A stretch of 64,000 nucleotides of DNA, taken from assembly GCF_964355755.1 (NCBI RefSeq), contig NC_092672.1, positions 38,756,437 to 38,820,436 of the forward strand, written 5' to 3'. This DNA comes from Antedon mediterranea (taxonomy: Eukaryota; Animalia; Echinodermata). A program made the translations under genes and the position numbers. Positions within the stretch are counted from its first letter, which is position 1. Every line of letters begins with the position of its first letter. The notes beneath the pieces are model-generated. The model was not told the origin of the DNA, ran no database searches, and saw nothing but the letters and a program-made list of their open reading frames with translations. Positions 26,401 to 38,400 of this stretch are shown one piece after another.

Positions 26401-29400
26401 CTTTGCAATCTTTTCTCCTTAATGTCGGTGCTTTCTCGTGTCAACTCTATTTAGCCTCATATACATTGCACACTATCTTTCTGTGGACTCTTTGCAATCT
26501 TTTCTCCTTAATGTTGGTGCTTTCTCGTGTCAACTCTATTTAGCCTCATATACATTGCACACTATCTTTCTGTGGACTCTTTGCAATCTTTTCTTCTTAA
26601 TGTTGGTGCTTTCTCTTGTCAACTCTTTTTAGCCTTCTATATACATTGCACACTATCTTTCTTTGGACTCTTTGCAATCTTTTCTCCTTAATGTTGGTGC
26701 TTTCTCGTGTCAACTCTATTTAGCCTCATATACATTGGCATTGCACACTATCTTTCTGTGGACTCTTTGCAATCTTTTCTCCTTTTAATGTTGGTGCTTT
26801 CTCGTGTCAACTCTATTTAGCCTCATATACATTGCACACTATCTTTCTGTGGACTCTTTGCAATCTTTTCTCCTTTTAATGTTGGTGCTTTCTCGTGTCA
26901 ACTCTATTTAGCCTCATATACATTGCACACTATCTTTCTGTGGACTCTTTGCAATCTTTTCTCCTTTTAATGTTGGTGCTTTCTCGTGTCAACTCTATTT
27001 AGCCTCATATACATTGCACACTATCTTTCTGTGGACTCTTTGCAATCTTTTCTCCTTTTAATGTTGGTGCTTTCTCGTGTCAACTCTATTTAGCCTCATA
27101 TACATTGCACACTATCTTTCTGTGGACTCTTTGCAATCTTTTCTCCTTTAAATGTTGGTGCTTTCTCTTGTCAACTCTATTTAGCCTCATATACATTGCA
27201 CACTATCTTTCTGTGGACTCTTTGCAATCTTTTCTACTTAATGTTGGTGCTTTCTCGTGTCAACTCTATTTAGCCTCATATACATTGCTCACTATCTTTC
27301 TGTGGACTCTTTGCAATCTTTTCTCCTTTTAATGTTGGTGCTTTCTCGTGTCAACTCTATTTAGCCTCATATACATTGCACACTATCTTTCTGTGGACTC
27401 TTTGCAATCTTTTCTCCTTAATGTTGGTGCTTTCTCGTGTCAACTCTTTTTAGCCTTCTATATACATTGCACACTATCTTTCTGTGGACTCTTTGCAATC
27501 TTTTCTCCTTAATGTTGGTGCTTTCTCGTGTCAACTCTATTTAGCCTCATATACATTGCACACTATCTTTCTGTGGACTCTTTGCAATCTTTTCTCCTTT
27601 TAATGTTGGTGCTTTCTCGTGTCAACTCTTTTTAGCCTTCTATATACATTGCACACTATCTTTCTGTGGACTCTTTGCAATCTTTTCTCCTTAATGTTGG
27701 TGCTTTCTCGTGTCAACTCTATTTAGCATTCCATATACATTGTAAACTATCTTTCTATGCACTCTATATTGATTGTTTATTAATGCATTGTATTTACACA
27801 AATTTATCTTGTTTATAGTGCAATTGGTCCCTTTTTGTCTAATTAGCCCCAAGATTTGTCGGTTTGTATGCCAGTTGGCATTTTACATTAATCTTTTAAT
27901 ATTTTATATTTTTGATACTCCATGTTATTTTTATATGCATTGAATTTGCGAAATAAAAGTTTTAGTATTTAACACCAGCACCAACCACAACCACCACCAT
28001 CTAGAAATGTAATTTGGAGGATGGCCCAAAATTGATCTAATATTGGTTTTGATTCATACAGTAGATTTAGTTGTTTTTTTTTCCTATTTTACTTGTGATG
28101 TTGTGATGTGAAGTCTACTCTGCTTTATGTTATCTGTCTTCACAATGTAATTAACAGTAGTGATACTTATTAAATTAACACTACAGGCAACATAACAAGA
28201 ATTTAGTTATAGTCCATTAAACTTACAAGAAGCACTAATGTCTGACCCATTGTACAATGGTAAGATCATGTACAGTGACACCGGCATACATTTTAATTTA
28301 TGCTATTCCAATACATAATATGTACATTAATTAATTATTAGTACTCATGTGATGTTAATTTGTGTACCATTTTAAAGATGTGAATAACACCTGTATGTTG
28401 CAGGCTAAATTCAAATTTTATAGGAAAAAACCCCAAGATTGTTTCAATACTGTATTCTAAATACATAATTCCCAATTTTGTTGTGGGAATATGTATTTTT
28501 TAGGTTAGTACTTAAGTCATAGAACTTTGTAGTATACATGGTATTTAATGCTCAAACCTTGTTTAATGTTATCCAATACCTGTCACATACTTGGACATAT
28601 ATCATCACAAGTTATTTTTACCTCAGTTTTGTATTTTTATGGCTTTGAAAAAATGTCATCACTCATTACCTGTAAATGTCATTATTCATTAAGATACTGT
28701 CAACAAAATGTTATTCAATCTAGAACCTGATTTATTCCTGTTTTTCTTTTACTGTAGGTAATAATTATACATACCAGTTGTAGAATGATATTTATAATTT
28801 TAATCAATCATTTCAGGCCCGGATTTAGGCTGGGAATAAATCGGCTTTAGCCCCCGCCTAAAATTTAATATTTAGCCGACGGATCGTTTTTATCATTTAT
28901 GAAATATTTAGCCCCACCCACTAAACTATACCGCCCCTGCATTTAATTAGATTAAGTTGTAGTGATAATTAATATAATCTATTTGTTTAGTGCTTTTGTA
29001 ATTTTCAAACCAAAATGTGTTATGATTAAGGTTACGTTTGTATCAATGAATCAATACTTGCACTGATGAAGGGCTAGTGTTGACCGAAAGCTCTGCTAAC
29101 TTTTCTGGCTGTTTTACTTTATCGTTTTGATTTAGCTTTTTGCTTTTTTTTTTTTGTATCTCCATTGAGATCCAGCCACTGATACCCACAACATTGTCAT
29201 TTTGTATCTCCATTGAGATCCAGCCACTGATACCCACAACATTGTCATTTTGTATCTCCATTGAGATCCAGCCACTGATACCCACAACATTGTCATTTTG
29301 TATCTCCATTGAGATCCAGCCACTGATACCCACAACATTGTCATTTTGTATCTCTATTGAGATCCAGCCACTGATACCCACAACATTGTCATTTTGTATC

Positions 29401-32400
29401 TCCATTGAGATCCAGCCACTGATACCCACAGCATTGTTGGGCCCGTTTCTGCTGCCAACCCAAAATATACCGTATAAATATACCGTATAAATATACCGTA
29501 TAAATATACCGTATATATACCGTATATGAAATTCGTGCACCGTTTCCGCTGCACATACTTCGTGGGTGGGTTGTAAAAAAGTTGGCTTTCATTACCCAAA
29601 ATTCATTTCGTGAGACGGAAGTATGGATTGACCTCGTGTAGTGAGGTTTTTACCTACTCAAAATGTCGTAGCATTGCTTTCTATTTTAAATCTAATGAGC
29701 AGAAGTGGCAACGAATTTACACCGCACATACAAGCACAATCTAGAAATGTCACTATAAATAAACTCTGTTATTCAAATTGAGTTTATATTATGCTATATT
29801 ATCCTATATTGCCGTTTTAATTTCCATTTTCTATTATACAGTATTTTACCATGATTTTACATCACGTTATTGTCGTGTAAGAACATTCGATTTATTGTAA
29901 TTAAAATCTCGGTATCTCTTCTGTTGCCATGCAGTCTCCCCCCAACCTTCGCTTCCCCCCACAATTGAATTGCAAAAATAGTGATTTGTTCGGTCCACAG
30001 TGACATTTTGATCTGTTGCTTGCTTTTACACGTGTGTTTCAACTTTCAATGCAGCAGAAAAACCAAAACAAACGCGTCGCGCTCTGTTAGTTTTTGACCT
30101 CGTGTCATGAGTCGGGTCACATTTACGGTATATTTTGAGTGCAGCAGAAACGGGGAACGAAATATACGGTATATTTTGGAATATACCGTATAATATCCAC
30201 AAACGATGGGGATATTTATGCAGTATATATACCGCAAATATATACGGTATATTTTTTATGAGACCCATTTCTGCTGCCAAAAAATATACCGTATATAAAA
30301 TATACCGTATATATACGGTATATTTTTGGCAGCAGAAACGGGGCCAATGTCATTTTGTATCTCCATTGAGATCCAGCCACTGATACCCACAGCATTGTCA
30401 TGTTGTATCTCTATTGAGATCCAGCCACTGATACCCACAGCATTGTCATTTTGTATCTCTATTGAGATCCAGCCACTGATACCCACAGCATTGTCATTTT
30501 GTATCTCTATTGAGATCCAGCCACTGATACCCACAGCATTGTCATTTTGTATCTCTATTGAGATCCAGCCACTGATACCCACCGCATTGTCATTTTGTAT
30601 CTCTATTGAGATCCAGCCACTGATACCCACAGCATTGTCATTTTGTATCTCTATTGAGATCCAGCCACTGATACCCACAGCATTGTCATTTTGTATCTCT
30701 ATTGAGATCCAGCCACTGATACCCACAGCATTGTCATTTTGTATCTCCATTGAGATCCAGCCACTGATACCCACCGCATTGTCATTTTGTATCTCTATTG
30801 AGATCCAGCCACTGATACCCACAACATTGTCATTTTGTATCTCTATTGAGATCCAGCCACTGATACCCACAGCATTGTCATTTTGTATCTCCATTGAGAT
30901 CCAGCCACTGATACCCACAGCATTGTCATTTTGTATCTCTATTGAGATCCAGCCACTGATACCCACAACATTGTCATTTTGTATCTCTATTGAGATCCAG
31001 CCACTGATACCCACAGCATTGTCATTTTGTATCTCCATTGAGATCCAGCCACTGATACCCACAACATTGTCATTTTGTATCTCCATTGAGATCCAGCCAC
31101 TGATACCCACAACATTGTCATTTTGTATCTCCATTGAGATCCAGCCACTGATACCCACAACATTGTCATTTTGTATCTCCATTGAGATCCAGCCACTGAT
31201 ACCCACAGCATTGTCATTTTGTATCTCCATTGAGATCCAGCCACTGATACCCACAGCATTGTCATTTTGTATCTCCATTGAGATCCAGCCACTGATACCC
31301 ACAACATTGTCATTTTGTATCTCCATTGAGATCCAGCCACTGATACCCACAACATTGTCATTTTGTATCTCCATTGAGATCCAGCCACTGATACCCACAG
31401 CATTGTCATTTTGTATCTCCATTGAGATCCAGCCACTGATACCCACAACATTGTCATTTTGTATCTCCATTGAGATCCAGCCACTGATACCCACAGCATT
31501 GTCATTTTGTATCTCCATTGAGATCCAGCCACTGATACCCACAGCATTGTCATTTTGTATCTCCATTGAGATCCAGCCACTGATACCCACAGCATTGTCA
31601 TTTTGTATCTCTATTGAGATCCAGCCACTGATACCCACAACATTGTCATTTTGTATCTCCATTGAGATCCAGCCACTGATACCCACAACATTGTCATTTT
31701 GTATCTCCATTGAGATCCAGCCACTGATACCCACAACATTGTCATTTTGTATCTCCATTGAGATCCAGCCACTGATACCCACAACATTGTCATTTTGTAT
31801 CTCCATTGAGATCCAGCCACTGATACCCACAACATTGTCATTTTGTATCTCCATTGAGATCCAGCCACTGATACCCACAGCATTGTCATTTTGTATCTCC
31901 ATTGAGATCCAGCCACTGATACCCACAGCATTGTCATTTTGTATCTCCATTGAGATCCAGCCACTGATACCCACAGCATTGTCATTTTGTATCTCTATTG
32001 TGATCCAGCCACTGATACCCACAGCATTGTCATGTTGTATTTCCATTGAGATCCAGCCACTGATACCCACAACATTGTCATTTTCTATCTCCATTGAGAT
32101 CCAGCCACTGATACCCACAACATTGTCATTTTGTATCTCCATTGAGATCCAGCCACTGATACCCACAACATTGTCATTTTGTATCTCCATTGAGATCCAG
32201 CCACTGATACCCACAGCATTGTCATTTTGTATCTCCATTGAGATCCAGCCACTGATACCCACAGCATTGTCATTTTGTATCTCCATTGAGATCCAGCCAC
32301 TGATACCCACAGCATTGTCATTTTGTATCTCTATTGAGATCCAGCCACTGATACCCACAGCATTGTCATTTTGTATCTCCATTGAGATCCAGCCACTGAT

Positions 32401-35400
32401 ACCCACAACATTGTCATTTTTTCAGTAATTTGCCTTTGGATTAATGAATCAATACTTTTATACTTTCAGAAAAAAAGCTTGGAAGAGAGTAAAGGAGCTG
32501 GCAGTGGTGTAGAAATAATAGTAAATGAACCTTATAAAAAGGATGACGGATGCCAAGGACAGTATACACACAAAGTATACCATATTGGCAACCATTTACC
32601 TGGTAAAGTATGATGCTACTTTGTGTCAAGAATTATTCATAATTCAGGAATAATCAACAACTTATATCTGCCAGCTGTTTCCAGCAATTAATTAGCCTAG
32701 ACCTAGGTAGTGCTGTGTTTGATATGATGATTTGTCCCTGGTTCAAGTCTTACAGCATGCAGAATTTGTTTATATGTTTTTTTTAATGGAGGGTTATGTT
32801 AATGTTTAGGATTAGAAAGCTATGGAGTTGTTTGATGAGACAGGATTAACAATGCTTATTTAATCACTTACTTATGTTTATAAATTATTTTATCATTATA
32901 ATATCACATAGATCCAAGCAATCAAGATCAGTCTCATTCAAATTAAAATGTTCTGAAACATGCTTTATTTCCAAAATGAAATGATGGTTTACCTTCTATT
33001 CTGACAGGTTGCTGTAAAAAAAAAAATATTATTGGTGTGAAAATTTCCACTTTCTATACTGTAGATATTATAGATACTAGTATTAATAGCTAATACGGTT
33101 AACAATGTACTTGTTTACCACATTTATTTTTAATTAAAGTATGTGCAAATAAGACAACTTCTGATTGCCTTTTAGGTTGGTTTCGTGCAATTTTACCTAA
33201 ATCAGCATTGCGTGTGGAGGAAGAGGCATGGAATGCGTATCCTTACACAAAAACCCGCTTTACTTGTCCATTTGTAGAAAAGTTTTTCATTGAGGTTGAG
33301 ACATATTACTTACCTGATAATGGAAACCAAGAAAATGTATTCAAACTATCATCCTCAGAATTGAAAACCAGAATTTTAGGTATCAAATTATTTCATTTAT
33401 ACAATGTTATGCTATGATAGAATTTTAAAGTCAAAATATTATATAAATCTTATATTAAAAATTAATAAAACAATGTTCTTTATTATTCTGATAAAACTTT
33501 TATCATTTTTTATTTTAGATAAAATTGATGTTGCCCGTGATCCTGTACCAAGTGCAGATTATAAAAAAGAGGAAGACCCTAACATATTTGTCTCATCTAA
33601 GACAGGCAGGGGGCCTCTACCAGAAAATTGGCTGGGAATTTCTGGGCAGAAAGACGGTGCTGAACAGGGTCTACCAGATGTTATGTGTGCCTATAAACTC
33701 TGTAAAGTTGAGTTCAGATATTGGGGAATGCAGAATAGGATTGAGAAATTTATACATGATATAGGTATTTATATCTCTACACATTTTATTTTTAAAGTAT
33801 TTATATATGATATAGGTATTAACATCTCTACACATTTAATTTTGTATTGTTTGCATGGTCAAACCACCCACACCTTGTCAAGCATTACAATGTTAATGGT
33901 ACTATGGCCGTAAGTCACCAGTATGGTTGGTAAGGTTTCAATCTGACCACTTTTTTTACATAGACCTTTGATAACCCTATGGCTTGAACAGAGATTGTTC
34001 CCTTTTCTTGTGAAAACCGCACCACTTTGTTTCTACATCACTGTATAAGTAGTAGTTGGTATAACAACCAAAGCTTCAAGACCTCAATAGTTTATACCCT
34101 ACTGTATATACCCTTTAAACAAATCTATAAATCTAACACATCTTGCATTCCTAGAGATAGATGATGAAATAATAGTGACTGTCTTTTAGGCCTTAGAAAA
34201 GTAATGCTGCATGCTCACAGACAAGCATGGTGTTGGCAAGATGAATATTACGGACTCACTATCGAAGACATCCGTGAACTAGAAGAAAAAGCGGCACAAC
34301 AACTTGCAGAAAAGATGTCTACAGCTCATGACGACGATGAAAACAGTTCAACGGAGAAAGATACACTGAATCATTCAAATTTTAATCGCAGCGCATACAG
34401 TAGATCAACAGGCAGTGAGAAACGCCTGCGAGAAACACGATTAGAGTCGTACAGTCATAGTTTGGAATCCGACGAAAATGAGGAAGTAAAAATTGAGAAT
34501 GGCAAATTTAAAAGAAAATCTTCACGCCGGAAATCTTCTACATCAGGTAACAAGGAATTAATTTTATGTTTCTGTTTCAGTTTTAGTTTCAATTTATTTA
34601 CCATTTCAAATACTGTACATAAATGATAAACAACAAATGCTGGTATGGATAACCATTAAGATTAAAGCTTGTTTACAGGTTACCCATTAATGCAGTACAA
34701 TACAAACAACATGAAAACAGGTGTTATACATAACAAGACATGTGAAACCTTTAACTATGTCAACACTTGTGTTGCCAACCCGTTTAACTAAATGATATAT
34801 TTTATGAAAACAGGACACAGGTGTAATACATAAACAAGACATGTGAAACCTTTAACTATGTCAACACTTGTGTTGCCAACCCGTTTAACTAAATGATATA
34901 TTTTACACAAATGGGCAAATTAGATTATATTTCTTTTTAATTATAAAATAATAATTTTATAGTGAAATTAAATTAAATTCATTTTATTGCAAGATACTGA
35001 TCAAAAATGATTTGTTTGATTTTGTAGAATCTACCAAGAACCAAATGTTAGCACAATGGCGAATGGACAGTCTTCAGGCTGACTCAGACACATCGGATGA
35101 AGAGTTTTTTGATGCTCAAGGTACAGGTATTACTGAAATCCAATAATAATCATAAATTTAACAAATTCAATTATTTTATCAACATTCAACAACAAAACAT
35201 TAACACATCTTTTCAGAGGAAATGGATGAGGTGCTAGAAGAGTTGTCTCACTGGGGAACAGCCAACAATCTTATGATGACTGAAGGTAGGTAGGCCTAAT
35301 ACCCTTCAGGCATTGTTGCTCATTGTATATGATGACTGAAGGTAGGTAGGCCTAATACCCTTGAGGCATCGTTTCTCATTGTATGTGATGACTGAAGGTA

Positions 35401-38400
35401 GGTAGGCCTAATACCCTTGAGGCATCGTTTCTCATTGTATATGATGACTGAAGGTAGGTAGGCCTAATACCCTTGAGGCATCGTTTCTCATTGCATATGA
35501 TGACTGAAGGTAGGTAGGCCTAATACCCTTGAGGCATCGTTTCTCATTGTATATGATGACTGAAGGTAGGTAGGCCTAATACCCTTGAGGCATCGTTTCT
35601 CAGGGCCTGTTTCTATAGAGCAGAGAATACGGTTTTGAATACCGTTCTTTTCAAGAATCGTTTTTTCTTGCCAGCAGAAATGGGTCCCCACAAAAAACCA
35701 AAAAAAAGAACCGATCTTAAAAACGGTTTCAAAAACCCCAATTGATTGCGGTCTCGATCACAAAGAACCGTTCTGAAACCGGTTTCCGCGGAGCAATTTT
35801 TAGCTGCAACACAATCGCGGTCTCAATTTGACCCCAAAAACTGAACTCTGCAGTCTGCTGCACTGGGATGATTGCGGTCATCTCGCAGTCAAACTCGCGC
35901 GATAGGACCTAGGCCTTAGTCATTTTTATTTCTCTAGATAGTGAGTATTTTATTTAACTAAAAAATGTTGACCGATGCCATTACGAGGTTCGTAAAAAAT
36001 ATGTGAAGGAAAGAAGATGAGGGGACTTGTCGGGAGTCGGAAGAAAGACTCACGTATAGGCCTACATGTTTTTAAGAATATTGTAAAGCGTGTGAAAAAT
36101 AGACGAGTTCAACTTGACAATATCAGAGGGTGCGACGTACCTATACTTTAACCAAGGACCACAATAACGTTTCAGGAAATAATTCCTCCTTCTATGATGA
36201 AATGGATGCTATTTCTTGGGGATCGCGCTATGCGAAAAAAAGTAAACATGACCTCGATCAAATCGCGCTTCCGCTTAACGAACTGCATTGTGGTGTATAT
36301 AATGACGTCATTCATAACGAACGCACATGGACGGAACCGGTTTTATTGGAGTAAAAATTGAGCTGCAACGCGATCTTTATTTATAAACAACAGCCGAAAC
36401 CGGTTTCCAAAAAACCGTTCTTTTTTTATTTTTCAATAGAAACAGGCCCTCATTGTATGTGATGACTGAAGGTAGGTAGGCCTAATACCCTTGAGGCATC
36501 GTTTCTCATTGTATGGGATGACTGAAGGTAGGTAGGCCTAATACCCTTCAGGCATTGTTGCTCATTGTATATGATGACTGAAGGTAGGTAGGCCTAATAC
36601 CCTTGAGGCATCATTTCTCATTGTATGGGATGACTGAAGGTAGGTAGGCCTAATACCCTTGAGGCATCGTTTCTCATTGTATAAGATGACTGAAGGTAGG
36701 TAGGCCAATACCCTTCAGGAATTGTTTCTCATTGTATGTGATTTGATTATAAAAAATAATTATTTTTTTATTTTATAAATGAAATTAAAGATGAATTTTC
36801 CCCCTGAAAAAAACCATTTTTTGTTGTTGAATATGCCATTTTATTGTCACATAATAGTTATACACTTGGAACAAAAATTGAATCGAAAAAACATTTATTT
36901 ACCTGAAAAAACTGTAATTTAAAGCAAAAAATATTAAAATTGGCTGCCAGCCAATGGGTTTTTTATATCATTTTATATATCACAGAAGTAATTAACATTT
37001 ATTAAAACTACAAATAAATGTTTTTATTAAATTTGGATACCTTAGATCATGATGAATTTTGTGATACTGGTGACCATTCAGATGAGAGTTCAGCCTTCAT
37101 AAATGACCCCACATCACCACCGTTGCTGACCCCTTCTACCAGTGTTCTATTTATCATCCTTCATGGTGGAAACATTCTGGATGGAGTTCAGGAGTTCTTT
37201 GCCAAACAAAGCGATATAAACACCTTCAAAGCGTCGTTTGACGCCGTCATACGAGCACATTTTCCCGTTGCTGTTGATCATGTAGCAATGCGTTGGGTTG
37301 CTTGTCCATCTATTTGTTCTGATGCAGTTTCACTTCTCTCTGGGTATGTATACTTAAACACCTAATAGAGTTTTAGGTTTTATTTACAAAAGTTCTGTTT
37401 TATTGAGTCACTCAGCAGTTCTTGTATTGGCCTTTTCAACAGAAGATATGTTCGTTAATTATATTCTTTTGTCATTATTTAATTCTGTTTTTATATTTAT
37501 TGAGAGAGAAAGCTATGAACACTGTAATTTCCAAATCTATGGATGAATAAAGCGATGTATATTTCTATGCATACCATTATTATTGTTTATTTTATGTTTT
37601 GTATAATAAAGTTTCAAGTTCATGGCATCTCCTTAAACTGAGTTTTAAAATGTGTTTTAATGAATTACAAAATAAACTAACTTACTAACTTTGTTTGTGT
37701 TAATTATGTTGCAGTCTAAATCCATATAATGTGAGTGCACGTAAATCAGGTGAGAGTGGAGGAGGTTCAGGGGTTGTAGCTGATTTTATCCCTATTGGTG
37801 CCCTGCCGCTATTGGTCACTGGCTGTCCTGAGTATAACGGTCATGTTAACACGGTCATCAACAAAGCAAATGCAGTTTATCAAGAGTTTACTAAATCTCC
37901 AGAAGGACAAGGATTTAAGGGACAGGTAGAAATGTTTTTGCTATATTTTTATTAAAAATGTATGTAATTTTCCATTTTTCTATTACCGTATACAGTATTT
38001 GCTAAATTGATTAATTCATAATAATTTTGGTTCAGAATCAAAAAAGTATGTTTGGTTTCACAGATTGAATAACCCTCCTGTTGGCGAATTTCTTTTTGCT
38101 GTTGGTTGGGTTTGAAAATAAAATAAAATAAAAACAAGAGCATTGTTTTCTATATTTAGGTATGTTTAATTGGAGACAGTGTTGGCAGCATTCTTGGGTA
38201 TGATGCACTATGTCGAGGCATTTCAACGTCAAACACTCACGGAAGTCAAGCCAGCATTGACGAATCAGATGCCTTAACAATTAACTTCCCGTCACCTTCC
38301 CCTCATTCGTTGTCAATCACTAATGACAATTGCAATAATCAAAGCTTTACCTGTGCAAGTGAATTCAGATCAGAGAGACCTATACTTCGCCGAAAAAGTG

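Noticed and set aside
26137-27332. Several similar hydrophobic ORFs
   Set aside because: Translations of the 89 bp repeat with shifting frames.
30256-32428. 716 aa and 700 aa repetitive ORFs on both strands
   Set aside because: By-product of a 48 bp (16-codon) tandem repeat within an intron; open on both strands, no start or splice context.
34711-34905. About 100 bp two-copy duplication (also 18511-18690)
   Set aside because: Ordinary local intronic duplications with no splice or coding signal.
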